Shown piece by piece: positions 20,953-34,469 of a stretch of DNA of 64,000 bases. The stretch comes from Balanoglossus misakiensis. Lineage: Eukaryota > Animalia > Hemichordata. Each line of letters starts with the position of its first letter. Positions within the stretch are counted from its first letter, which is position 1. The translations under genes and the position numbers were made by a program. The notes under the pieces are model-generated. The model saw only the letters and a list, made by a program, of their open reading frames with translations, was not told where the DNA came from and did not search any database. The stretch spans positions 12,058,875 through 12,122,874 of the forward strand of contig CM082584.2 of assembly GCA_040954595.2 (NCBI GenBank), in the 5' to 3' direction.

Positions 20953-23502
20953 CACCTGGCCTCTTCCACCCATAGCAGAATTGCATCAACCAACCAAACC
21001 ATCCCACCCACCCACCACCTTGGTTAAACTGCCTCTCCTGTGAATGATAATGGTATCAACCAACCAACATATCACCTTGATTGTAAATAGTGTAATGTGA
21101 TTTTATACAAACCATAGACATTAGAGGGGGGTTCTATTGTCTGTGATTCAGCAATGGCCTATTTCGATTGGACAACTCACAAACACAACCAACCAATCAG
21201 CTAAGATTATGACACAAGGTTAATATATCTAACCTAATATATTTAAGTGGTGTTCAACATTTGAACAATTTGGATTTTGATCTTAAAGGCTGTTAAAGTG
21301 ACATTTCCAATAACTTTTGTCTACAATACTAAGTATGATATTAGCTTCATTTATATTTATATTCATGATTTGATATTTTAAAAAATCTGTTGTGCTAAAT
21401 GTTGTCATATTTATATACCAATATCTATATGTAATTCATGGCCTTGTTGCCATAGTGATTAAGCATGTTTACCCATAACTTCCTCTGTACTTAAAAAGTG
21501 GGTTTGAAGCTGCAGGATCTGTAACATTGTGGTCCTTTTCCAACAATTATCTTTATTTGTAATAAATTCAACTGCCAACAAATTTACTGTCTGAGATGGT
21601 CTCTGATTGCATTTTTCTGTAATACAATGAGCGCCCTCAAGCAACATACTACACTTTCTTCTATACTTTCTTTTCTCCGTAAGACAATGAGCGCCCTCAA
21701 GCAAAAGACTTCTCAGTTCCTAAAACGCAATCTTCATTTCGGTTTATGATACAGGAGACACTCAATATGGCACACATGCAGCTGTTAGAAAGGAGAAAAG
21801 TCCTAGAATAGTATTTCGTAGCGTTTTTATTTCATCATGTGATAGTGTCATAAAGAAAATGCTTCGTTGTGCAAGGGCTTTTGTCAGTATTTCTAAGACT
21901 ACCAAAACAATACAATATTAATCCAGTTTACAAAAAACTTCATATATACACTTCTAAGTATGCATTTTCATTACATAAATTACATTTCTAGAGTAATATA
22001 CATTATCGCTGCAGATGGATCCTTGTAGGAAGGCCCCCTCCATATTTTATTTTTTTATGATGTTTAATTATATAAATATATATATCTATAACTGTTATTT
22101 GTCTGGATGTCTGTGAAGCGTGATGTTTTAATTTCTATCGACTCCTTGATTGCACATGTTTCAATCAATCAATCAATCATGTAGTGAAAACAAAACAATA
22201 CAATGCAATAGTTTTGTCCTCTTCAATCTTAGACAATGTTAACACAATGCATGACTTCTTCTCATAAGAAAGTACTCCTATTTTTTGCATATTTTGACCA
22301 CTAACAAGAAATCTGGAAAGATATATACAAGATAACCACTCATACCTCTTCAAAAGTTGGTTCAACTACATGAGAAAAAGCACATTTGTTAGCAACACCG
22401 GTAGTCTTGCATAAAACAAACTGAATTGGCACGATTCAACTTTGATACATTGGACGGGAAAGTGTTAATAAAGATGGAATGAAATGTAAACTGTGATGTC
22501 ATCACCACAGTATGCATAAAGAAATTAAGTGTTTATTTTATTATTACAGTAGGAGGATTATAGGACATTTATGGGAACACACACTCTCTCTCTCTCTCTC
22601 CCTCTTTCTCTCAAGTTTGGTGGTGATAGCTGAAACAGCCAATGAAAATCATTGAACTGCATTTTCAAAATTGATTGTGATGACTCACAAAATGCAACCT
22701 TCTCTGATTGGTTTGATTGACAGGTCAAAGATTGCAACCTGATTTTCTCTGCATGACCTTTGAACTGCAATTTCTAAAAATCAAACTCAATTCTTTGAAA
22801 ATACCAAACACTTTTTATGTACACACGAAAAAGAATTTTTATAAGGTTATAATCTTTTCATAGCAATATTTTACATGATAAAACTACTTCAATAATAAAA
22901 AATGTGCTTCAACTAAAACGCAAATCTGTGCACATTTTGAAAAATGCTATAAGAGAATATCCTTACTGATTACATGTATGCAAAATATAATTTTGCAGGA
23001 AATATCAATCATTATCAAAATTTTACAACAAAAATAATTTCTTATTGAAACAAAGTATTGCTGTGTTGGCCCTTCAACTTTAAGGCTTAGTATCTCTCTA
23101 CTGCATAGCTTTTTATTTTTTTCTTAAATTAACTGCCTTTAAGAAGATGGTTACAAAAGAGGGGACGGATAGCCTAGTAATGCTGTATTATTTCTTAAGT
23201 GAAAAAGGAAACAAATGAAAAGATGATTGTAACTTTTAGGCCAAGAATTTGAGATTTCAATCAAGAGATGAAACCCTGATGATAAGACTAAGAGGAAATA
23301 TCACACAGCGCCCTCTTGAAACAACAACCACAGGTCATCCGGGGTAAATGACATTGCCAAGGCAACCAAGCAAACGCAAGAAGTCCAGAACATCTTGAAA
23401 GAAAAAAGAAACTGTAAATGGGAGAAATGCTACTCGCGATGTCGTTGAACTCAAAGTTGAAATAGGCTGGGACCATTACAGAGCACTGCAGATGAGTTCA
23501 AC

Positions 23503-26500
23503 TTATTCGTAATAAACTCCATATACGCTACCGATAGCAAATAAAGAGTTGTTTGAATATTCATACGATGAGAAAGTATCGTTTTCCGGATCCCAGAGAC
23601 AGCGACTACCCATCCTCATGCCTTGGTCTTTAAGCTGACCTATGTGTATAAGCACAATTACTTTGTACCGTTTCACTTGTAAATCTTTTACACGAGCTTT
23701 GATGACCTGGAATTTAAAAAAGAAAAGAAAAACATACTTAAAAATATTTTTAACCATTAATAAGAATTCATCTTTCTACTTTCAAGTATAATTTTACATC
23801 TTTGTGTGTATAAAGGAGAAGTCTGTTTCTATGAATTGTTCACAATAATTGATCGACTGGTTTCCTTTGTAGAGTGGACAATAGCACGGCAATTAGTGGT
23901 GTACTGGTTACAGTCAGAGGTTGAATTTCTTTTGTTATACTCAGCAGCACGCTACAAAGTTACTGTAGGTAAACAAGCCTTCCCTGACAAGTGTTGGGAC
24001 TCTGTGAAAATATTTGCTGTCTCCAGCTTGGAGCTTTTTATTCATGTTTTCTGAAGTTTCCAGGCAGTGTTGATGTTTGTATGTATAGCGTGCCGTCAGC
24101 CACTTTCTTCAATGTTTTTGTAAGTCTGTCGCACAGTCTCTGAATAATTGTTGATTCTTGGGGTGCTAATGGTGATTCAGGAAAACACTCAAACTGATTT
24201 TGATGTCTGAGACCCCTACTTCAATTAACTAACTTGTAACAACACTGAGCCACTGTCTAGATATACACACAACTTAATTAACCCTTTCACCACCATGAAG
24301 TTTGGTCCAATTATTTTAAACCATTGATTTCTATGGTAAAGATGGACCTCTTCACAAGGAAAATGGGGGTGAGAGGGTTAAACAGGTAGTGGTACATGTA
24401 TTATATGTACACAGAACACTGAAGTCATAATTCTCACTCACCTCTGATATTGTCTTTGTCATTTGCCGACAGAGTTCCGGCTCATACCTCTCTTCACTCA
24501 GATAACTCTCCAGCACATCTTTGAGAATATTTTTCACTTGTGCTACAGGGAATTTCTTGTTTGGTTTCAGTTGAAACGTTGGTTCTAGCCTGACTGGAGG
24601 TCCTCTCATTTGTTCGTGAGGTTCATCCATGAAAGACACTGTACTCACAGAACTGTCAAAAAAGGAGGAAAAAAGAGCGATCAGCTTATCATTCATCTTC
24701 TCAAAAGGACCAAAATCAACGATTCTACTTTAAATACCTGCAACTGAAATGAGTGAAATTGCTTTTTACCTTTCATAGTCCATATCCATAGTGCTCACTT
24801 GGATAATGAGTCAGTACTAAGCTACTTAATTTCTCAGAGAGTTAATTACCAATGAGTAAGCAGCTAATTGGAAATGTTTGATTATTGCTCTCTTTAGTTT
24901 AAACATTATGAAAAAAATCATTACAGTTTTATTAGTTTATCGATCTGTCCACAAATAAACCTCATTATTACCATGTGTCTCTGTATTATCCATCACTAAA
25001 TTTCAACCCCTTTCAAGGAATATACTTATGAAAAGAGATCAATAATTAATACAAGTAAATGTATACATTTCTTCTCAAATGCGATATTTCAACACATTTT
25101 CTTGATAGTGGTTTGTTTTATCTCGTTGTAGCTTTGTTTGCTCTTGCATTTTCTGTCATCAGTCATGACATTAACGCATGTCTGGGTAGATATTATTTCA
25201 GAAACATATTGATGAAATTTCCGGTAATGTCAGAAAGGCCAGTGCTGTAACCAAAGGCCCTGCAATGCAACAGGTGGTTGTCATGACGACGCATGGGTTG
25301 GTTGAACTCTGACATGAACGATCAAATGACTTTAATGCAGAGTACGAATTAATACAATGTATGTTAATTCCATTTTTCATACATAGTTTATGACATCCTA
25401 AATTCTGTGGTTTCAATTTCAAAAGTGATTAGCTTCAGCGTACCTGACATGTCTTGATAAAACCCCAGAAAGAAGAGCAGTAAGGATCAGCGGCCAAACC
25501 CTGCTGTGTGTGGTTACGATTCATCAGACTGTTTCTGATCGCCTCGTAACATTTCCTTGAGAAATATACACTCCAAATATAAACACAGCAAAATCGTCAT
25601 AGAAACCTCTCCACACAAGTCAGCTGACAGGAACTGTTGTTTTAACCCTTTTCACACTGAACATGGTGAACTATGCTGTTCTCAAAAAACCTCTTATGCA
25701 ACTGTTGACCAGTTCTGCTGAAGGAATCTCACTCATGTTCTCTGTAAATGGGAAATGTTGGTTTCCATTGATCCCAAGTAAATTCTAAAACTATCTCAGG
25801 AATACAGGGAAGGGGAGGACATTTTTTCCCAGTGATACAGCTTTTGTGCCAAAGATTTGCTTTTAAAGAAAAGAATGGAGCTGCATTGTTAATACTAGTC
25901 CCCGCCAAAAAATAGCACCAGGGCAAAAAAATGACTGATGTGGAGGTTTTTGCTGAGTGGCATTTTAATGGTCTTTATCTAATCTGTGTTTGTTTTTGGG
26001 AGTCGCTCAAGTTAAAAGTCAGACAGTTTAATAAATGAGTCCACTTCAGAGTCATTCTGATGCAGTAAAACTTTGCAACGGTGAAGCTGGACATTTAATT
26101 GGCAATCATGATCTCTGAGTGGCAGCTGGAGATCGAAACATGCATGCTAAGATGCCGTCTTTCGTTGGACAATTTTCATCCTTAGGTGTTTGCATGTATA
26201 ATTGTAAACAGTCACAGTGTGAGCATCAAACGACTTGTTTTATGGATGAACTAACCAAAAAATCAATACGAGCTGCATTAGTAATGAGCATTTGTATACA
26301 GTGGCTATGCTGATCAACGGGCAACGAATAACCCTTTAAATCTTGAAAGACATTCAGATATACCAGTCTCAAGTTCCTGCTGTAAATTGCCTCAATGCTG
26401 CAAATCGCATAGAAATTATCAGTTTAGCAATAAATGTTGTAACTGTGGATCATGTAACATATATATAATTATTCAAACTGAAGTTAAAATATAAAGTATA

Positions 26501-27638
26501 CTTGTACAGGTACATGCAGTTGCTATACACATTCAGACATGTATATGCCCCAACACGCACACACAAGTGACCAGTCATGCATTCCAATTTTAACTACCAT
26601 GGACTGTATTAAAATAATCTTCCAAAGCAGTTTCAATGAGTCTCACCTAATTCGACTGTTTGCACTTTGCCTGACTACATTAGTGGGCACGAGGTGATTA
26701 CCGCGTCGCTCTGCTACTTTTGGCGGCACGACCGACGACTTCTTACGATTCATCTTCTCGACGTCTTTCTCCTTCTCTTTGGACTGGCCGACGCCCTGAC
26801 CGCCTTGCGCGAATCTCATATGGGGACGACTAAACCGCTCACCAAGACACAAAACTACAACTGAACCCCGCCAGCGATTTAAATTTCCAAGCCGGCTCGT
26901 GTCTTTATAAGAATACCTCTAGCCCTTGGTAACTATATACCCCGACCACAACACAATAAATTATGAATTTATCAGCAGGTCCAGAGTCCAATCGCTTGCT
27001 CGATGCTGTTTACATTCAAATCACTCATTTCTGTAGAGGGACACAGTCTTTCAAAGCTGCATCTATCATGTATGAAGTGACTGCAGTTACACTGAAAGAA
27101 CTTGTTGTTGGCAACCTGCTTTTGGCTACTCTATGAATATCTTATAAATCTTGAATAAATAATCATCGAACATCAGTTGAAACTTTAGACAACTGAAGAT
27201 TTTAAATATTGATATTGAACTCAAAAGCAACTGAAAAATTAAATATTTATATGGAATTCAAATTAAAATCAAATAATTGATAGTATCTTTGGGTTGACTC
27301 ACACCAAGATTTCTTATCAACTTTATTTGGCTAGACATGTAAAGGGGAAAAACCTTGCAGTATATGGAGACATGATCGAAACACCTGATAAAGCAGGTGT
27401 TTGGCTAGCTGTCCGCAATGTACAAATATATCCCATGCCTGAAAGACAAATTTTATGAATACAAGCTACATGTACGCACAAAGCTCACAAAAAAGATGAA
27501 AAAAACTCACCCATGTTTGCGTGCACTAGCTCCAGGACGTCCATACTCGCTACTCATGAGGGACGATGCACTACCGCGTTTTTTCAGTAGCCTGGCTGCC
27601 TTGTCCCTCGCAACGTCTGAAGTCTGTTTGTCTGACAT
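23503..27638 (-). CDS. DYNLT5: Dynein light chain Tctex-type 5 (TCTEX1D1), 180 aa
   Basis: Exons 27638-27511 ([27 protein letters not shown]), 24652-24442 ([11 protein letters not shown]...[15 protein letters not shown]) and 23706-23503 ([25 protein letters not shown]...[15 protein letters not shown]...VYGVYYE) have consistent phases. KKRGS.SSL and [17 protein letters not shown] match vertebrate TCTEX1D1. A non-coding first exon probably ends at donor CAG|GTAAGT at 33674. Confidence 0.93.
24278..24381. mobile_element. ~96-bp MITE with TTAA target-site duplication (piggyBac-like)
   Basis: TTAA|CCCTTTCACCACCA ... TGGGGGTGAGAGGG|TTAA, with imperfect TIRs. A related partial copy is at ~43981-44045. 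Confidence 0.7.
26647..26819 (-). CDS. Candidate alternative first coding exon of DYNLT5
   Basis: ATG at 26819 ([34 protein letters not shown]...). Donor TAG|GTGAGA is phase 2, the same as the canonical first coding exon. TATAAA on the - strand is at 26909-26904. Confidence 0.6.
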
Positions 27639-30600
27639 CCTGTCAGGTTGTGTCTAGACAAATTGAAAGGAGAAAAAAGAATGAAATAGGAAGATTTACT
27701 CTTTCTATGTAATTAAAACCTAACAGGAAATTGTCGGCTGTTTTGAAACGTTCGTCAATGATTCAATAATGATTTGATTACGTTGGTGAAATGAATACAA
27801 TATTTAATGGTTTGCCTTTGTACTTTTACAAATGTCTTTCTCCAAGAGATTTATTTTAAGGGCCCAGTTATTAGATTAGTGTGGGGAGGAATATCCTTAC
27901 ATTATTTTAGTACATTTTGAGAGTAACAAATGGAATGTGATATTTTTATTTTATTTTTTTTTTTGGGGGGGGGGGATTGTATCGAATGTCAGGAGTGGTT
28001 GTTTCTGAAAATGTAATTAATTTCTAATTAAAATATGAATAGAGTTACACATTAAATGTTAATTAAGTTAGTTTTGTGAACTTATTGATTGTACCTGTGC
28101 ATAATTCAATAACTTGTCATTAAAGATTAAAGCTGGCCACAACGGTCAGCTTCAAAAGTCATAAAGATTTTTCATGATTGTTTTCCATGATAATTAGTCT
28201 GACTGTTGCATGATGGGGTGCAACTGCACTTACCCCCTTTACCAACAATTTTTGGAAATGGCCAAAAGGTAGCGTTTCTAGGGCTTTAACTTTAGGACAT
28301 GTGGTGGCGCACTTTTCTTCATTTGGCCACCCAGAAAAAAATTGTACTTAGCTCCCTATCTGTCAACTTTCCATGGTAACTGTGTATAGGTGACTGTGCA
28401 TCTTTAAAGTCAAATGCACCTGACCATTTAAACATAAAAAACAAATACCTGTCTCTATGGAAACCTGCATCAAAATGCAATATGATACAGTACATATATG
28501 TCATGGCCAGAGGCAAGTTTATGCTGAGACCAAAGTACTCTAGCAATGTTGTCAAATTACTGATTTTTATTGCTGTTCATAATCAATCCATCTCCCGTGG
28601 AGAGCAATTGAAGTGAATGAAATTAGGGCTGGTGCTGTGATCGCGGCAAGCAATTATGTGAGGCAGCGATGTTTTAAATGGTTAATTCCACGAACGTAGA
28701 AGTCTGAATGATACCAATTTATGAAGGAATAAATTAAATCTCAATTGTTCTTAAACCTTGTATATAATTACACTGAATGTACACAATATTTCATTACAGA
28801 TATACCACAACAGAATAAATTAATTGGAACAATATTACCTTGGAAGTAATAAACACAATTACATTTACCATCATCAGCAAATTAAATTCATTCAATTGAA
28901 CAACACTGTTACCTGCTGTATGACAAGGTGTCTCTTCGGATCTCTCTCTTCTAAATGTGGCTTGTTTTTCAGATTCCCACAAATCACACACAAATATTTA
29001 GTTTTCTGAGTAAATGCAAATATACGTCTGCCAGGAATTCCTGTATCACTTGTCCTGGGCAAGTAATTATGCAAATGTTTAAAGTGGATTTCTGATCAGC
29101 AAGCATGTTCTATAGCAACAAGACTGCAGGCTTTAGTGTGGCCACTCAAATGGATATTACAGTTACTCAGACTTGGTCCGGTTATTTTTGCTCATTGCAC
29201 AGTAGCTGCCAATATTTACATGTATTGAATATCTAATCATATTTCATACATATGTAGGATTACATTTTACCTCTATTCATGTCAAAAATCATTGTAAAAT
29301 TAACAGGGGAAATCATAAAAAGTTTTTTCTGAGAATTTTATCAACCACATATAAAAGATTACGTATGGCCTGCACAATTGTATAAAATATTTTTACACGA
29401 AAATGGCCACTTTGATTGCAGCCTAATTTTGTGGTGAAGGGCACACAAAGGGTCCCTGTATACTCTAATTGCAAAAGCAAATTTCAACGTATATTAAGTT
29501 AGCTTTTCACACAGCAATAATGAGCAGTTGGAAGGTCTCAATGAAGGAAGGACAAACACACTTCTTTTCCCTCTCTGTCTGCCACTACAAAATTGTATTG
29601 ACACCTTATATTTTGCACATGCTGAGAGTAAATTGCTAAGCGCGATCTCCTATTGAATGTAGCCACTTAATGCTTCCAGCATGCCGAGTCAATTCATCGG
29701 ATCAGCTGACAGCTACATGTAGCATCATAATGGTTACCATGGCAGCCTCCATCATGGCTTCCCTGTAAATTGCTGGCTGACGTCTGCTGTTATAATCCTG
29801 GGATAACCTGATGCAGAACAGTGAATTTCGAACAGACAAGCTTGCACGCATATGCTATTGAATTTTCAGAATTAACATGTCACATATTTCGTCATGTTGC
29901 TATGACAACCTCAAAAAATAAAATTACGGCAGACAGAGGTAATTTAATACCACTATCAAAAAACAGATGCTTTTTTCCCATGGTTGTCACTTTTACTGAC
30001 ATATCACGAGACCATTCACCTATTACAAATCTCCTGTGGCTTAAAATTTACACCGCAACAGTACTATTGTACATATACATGCATACTTAATCCCAAACAT
30101 TGGTTTATAAGTACATGTAGACAAAAACATAATCACAAAATACCACCACATCCTATTTTTTATTTTTGAAGGCTCGGTCTCTTAATGGTTGACATTAATT
30201 TTTAAAATATCCTTTGATGAATCGCCCATGAAAAGAAAAAAGAACAAGGAAGGGTGTGGAGAAATCAATAAATTCCAAGGTAAGACTAAAACCATGTTTG
30301 TATGAACTCCCACAAGCGTTTTACATCTTTGAAAGGTTTTATTGATTGTGGCGTTACAAAAATGTCTTTAAACACAGTGGCAGGCAGGGTATGAAAATGG
30401 TGGATTTTCTTTTGCTTCATTTCCTGTCAAAATTGTCCAAATCAGCAGGGACTGTGCATGTCTTTCAAAGCGTACTTCCATGCTGTGCATCATGCATTAC
30501 TACCGCTGTTGTTAAAAAATCTTGTCCCAGGTTAGCAAATGAAAAAATGAAATGTTTCAGAAAGGGCTGAACTGGTCTGGCTTATTAAAATTGAGGTTGC

Positions 30601-31662
30601 TAGGAGACAAATGCAACATTGACTATGACATTCCATAGAAGTCTAGGGAGGCAAAAATGGTATGATTGTACAGCCAAAGTACAATGTATTTATTGATACT
30701 GGAATTAGCAAGGTATACTTTGAGGTTTGAAAATTTGAAGACTTTCAACACATTGAAATATACATGTTCTCATTTTTATTACACATATACATGTATGTAT
30801 TTATTTATTTTCTTGTAACTTGTGCGATCAAGATATGAGACTATATTTTCCGAGTGTCTGAGGACTGAGATGTCGATTTCATAAAAACCTGGTGCATAGC
30901 AACCCAGAATTGCTACTGTTTTTTCATTTAATTATATTGAAATATTACATTCCCATGTTTTAAAATTAGCCTAGGCTCTTGACCAGATGCTGCTAAATGG
31001 GACCTGAAACATATGACAGATTTGAGAACAGTTGAAGCAGGAGATGGTGCTTTCCAACAGTGTTGATATAAAAAAAAATGCAGTTTGTGTTTATAATCAT
31101 TTCACCCCTGTTTTCCTAAGTACCTTGTTAATTAAGGAAAATATTATCATAAGAGTGAATGCTGGGGTTATGTATGATTGAGTTTACAATAAAACATGTT
31201 GCGATGACAAAATGAATTATTTGTAGATGGCTCCATACATAATACAAGAGTACATAAAATAAAAGTGAATAATGCGTATGATAGAATAACTTACTAGCAC
31301 TCTAGTCTTTCAGATCTGCAAAGTGCCCCAGGCTGCATCAGAATTACAATGGTACTTTCTAATTAATGAATTCAGGTGATGGGATAAACTACATGTATTC
31401 TCATAAATCATTTAGATAAACTGAGCAGTCGGGCTCTGACAGCATAACTCATCAAATCCCAGATAGATCATCACGATTCTATACTTCAGTCATTTAATTC
31501 CACTTTTGAGAAACCAATCATTGCTTTTGAAAACAAAAAATATCATGCCATAAATTTGAATATCTGAGTGCAGATATATTGTGCATTAATTGTGATGGTC
31601 GGAATTTGTCCCAGAAGAATCTACCACCAGCGCAGGAAATGAATAGTTTCAGTACCACTTTA

Positions 31663-32467
31663 GGCTGCATTCACAAACACCTCTGGAGGGGGGGGGCGGG
31701 AGAATTGAGGGGGGGGATTTGAAAAAATTGAGGGTATGTAAGGGGGGGGATTTGAAATAATTTAGGGACTGAAAGGGGGGGACTTGAAAACTTTAACGAC
31801 TAAATATTTATTTTGAGTCCACAAAAATGCAGTTTCGCGCCCTTTATTTTACAAAATTTTCTAATGTGGGAGGGGGACACCCCCTCCCACACCCACCCCC
31901 TCCATTCATCAACACCTTTCAATCATTGACTGGTTTATCTAGTATCCCAGGTCAGGGGACTTGCCCCCACCCCATGATAACTTTGAGCAGCGACGGTTAA
32001 ATTTGTCCTCCCCAACATACCGGTAGTTGAGTTAATTTGCTTTTGCCGGGTTCATTAAAATGCAGCTTTGAGCTCTGTATTTTAGAAAATTTTCTTACGT
32101 GGGAGGGGGACACCCCCTCCCAAACCCACCCCCTTCAATTCTCGGTTTACAATGTCTCCCAACACAGAATACAAATATATGTACTTAAAAAATAAAAACA
32201 ATGTTCAGTTTTAATACCCACTGATGAGGGAAAACATCAGTTTCAAATTCTTTTCATGGGAGCGCTGTTTTTCTTTTTACAAGATAGATAGGTGATGTGT
32301 TTTGCTCAGTGAAAGAAAATGGGGGGGGGGGGATTTCAAAATTTTGGCAGTTCGGAAGGGGGGGATTTGAAAATATTGGCAGTTCGGAAGGGGGGCATGT
32401 GAAAATTAGCGGTAAAAAAATTTGAATTCTCCCGCCCCCCCCTCCAGAGGTGTTTGTGAATGCAGCC
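31663..32467. mobile_element. Non-autonomous PIF/Harbinger-type DNA transposon (805 bp)
   Basis: TIRs GGCTGCATTCACAAACACCTCTGGAGGGGGGGGGCGGGAGAATT ... AATTCTCCCGCCCCCCCCTCCAGAGGTGTTTGTGAATGCAGCC, flanked by TTA on both sides (31660-31662, 32468-32470). No transposase ORF. Confidence 0.9.
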
Positions 32468-33673
32468 TTAGCAGCACCTGCCTTCCAACAGTTATCCTTG
32501 GGGTAAAAAGCACACCAGGAAATTAAACTCATTATTCGTTGGGCTTAATTATAGCCTGTATTTTTCCATACGTAAAACAGCCTTGTTTTCTGTATTTTGC
32601 CCCCAACTGATACATTTTACCCTACACATTACCCTTAACTTGGTAGTTTCCATTTTTTAAAGGGATGCAGGGAAATTGTATGAGTTTCAAATTGGCAAAC
32701 TAGGTAGCTATCTTTAGCCTTCATGAGTGTCCAAAGTGTAGAATTTCTATAAACAGTAGCATATCTGCAAGTTACATCATGAAGGTACCACACATTCCTA
32801 TGGACTGACACAGTTAACTGATGGAAGGGAGTGGGCCTCTATTGGCTGTTGGCCACTCTCTTTATTTGTGTTTTGTGTCACCAAAGAATGTCATCCTATT
32901 TTATTCCTGGTAACTTGACCAGCCCACTGCCATGACACTAAAACAAGAATTTACGCAACCTGCCACCATTGCAGGCTAGACGCAGATGCGCCCCCTCCCT
33001 ATCTCCAATGTAAACGTTGCCATGGCACCCATCAACCATGATTACATAGGGCTTCTTACGGCATCCCTAAATGCGGCTCCTTACAGTTACACCGTTATAA
33101 ATCATGCCATGGTCGTTTTCCAAGGTTGTTTAGACCCAAATGATCACGTCCAGGGCCAGATAGCTTCATTAAGTCTACCCAAATCAATGTTAGTCAAGAA
33201 ATCGATCGTATATTTGGCGTTTGATTGGACCCTTTATAGTCATGACATGGTCCCTTCTGAGGCCAAAAATGATGAATGTCCCGAGTATAAACAACACAAA
33301 CACTGGCAACATGAGCATTGTGTGTTTTCGCGTTCAATGGCTTACATGCACACTGAATATTGACTCACAACTTGTCAACCCTCTTATAATCACCTACGTG
33401 GAGTTCCCAGATAGATTTTTTAAATAAAAAGGACATCTTTAAGTTTTACAGTTCACTAGAGTCAAGATTCACACATTAGTTACTGCTTACAGTAGTACAC
33501 AGCCAGGTATGTGAACTGTTCACTTGCGACGCCACTTAAAGTTGGAAACTGTTACATTGTAGTTTTACACTAGTTAGCAACCAGCAAATGAATCAGTGCT
33601 TAGAGGCGGTTGATGATCGTGTAGCCACCTGTGCGATTCCCAGTTATTTGTTTTTTCCGGCGCCGAAACTTAC

Positions 33674-34469
33674 CTGTTAAACTCCTAGGATTCTGTCAAA
33701 AGCCAACAGTGGTCACCTGTTCCCGGTTTCGCTAAGTTTTACCAAAGATCTGGTGGGAAATCTACTTAGATTCCCTGAGAGAACCCCTTTTCTGTGCGAA
33801 TACCAGGTGAAGCGAACAGGAACGTGGGTGTCCTGGCGACTGTAAACCATTAGTTGATTGACAGCCATGGATGTGATTATTGGGTTTGCGATTGGGCAAG
33901 TGTGTTCAACGCCCCGCCTCGATGGAACGAGACGATTGCGCTGATTTACTTTATTGTGTTTCAATCAAAGAGTTTCTCACCAAGATGGGGCCATTATAAA
34001 CCAACAGTTTTCCCAAATCGATTTTCTTATTTCGACCGTGTCTTTGAAAAAAACAATGCAACAGTCTGCGTAATCGATACCGCGTATGCGCGTACGACCC
34101 ACGGTACGACCAGACCTTAGAAAAAAAATCCTCGCGAGAAAAAACGACAAGCAACGAGAAAAACCTATCCCGCGAGTTATGCAACGACAAATAGGAAGCA
34201 TTCTTTTAGTTTGATCTTGCGAAAAGTAATAATCGTTCGAACAACCCAAAGCACGAGAATTCTTATTCTTTAACAACATATTGTCATATCTGTTATGAAG
34301 AGATATTTATGATAACTAATTAAACATTTTATTCAAACAGCCAATCAGACTCCCGTTATTAAAATTGGTCCTGTCACCTGACTTGACACTCAAATTCAAG
34401 ATGGCGGCTTGAAGTCATCTTGACTTCCATTTCTCTTACGGTCGCTCGGAATTTCATCGTTTTATCACC
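33674..34469. promoter_or_regulatory. Bidirectional promoter region DYNLT5 / RIC1
   Basis: The genes are head-to-head and the region is relatively CpG-rich. It has a YY1 motif CAAGATGGCGGC at 34397-34408 and CCAAT boxes at ~33890, ~34341 and ~34364. The DYNLT5 5' exon donor is at 33674. Confidence 0.6.

Noticed and set aside
21610-21705. Two copies of ACAATGAGCGCCCTCAAGCAA 60 bp apart (CRISPR-like or CTCF-like)
   Set aside because: There are only two units, the flanks are also similar (a simple tandem duplication), the context is eukaryotic with no cas genes, and the CTCF match is partial.
25444-25600. Possible third DYNLT5 first exon (donor CAG|GTACGC at 25444)
   Set aside because: Its ATGs are in phase 0 or 1 and do not fit the phase-2 acceptor. 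It could only be non-coding, and nothing else supports it.
30470-30530. CCASCITTAVVKKSC as an insulin/relaxin A-chain candidate, given the synteny
   Set aside because: Spacing is CC-x2-C-x9-C rather than CC-x3-C-x8-C, and there is no B-chain, signal peptide or dibasic site.
32986-33363. 125-aa ATG ORF antisense within DYNLT5 intron 1
   Set aside because: No recognisable domain or compositional signal, and no splice or poly(A) support. It is compatible with chance.
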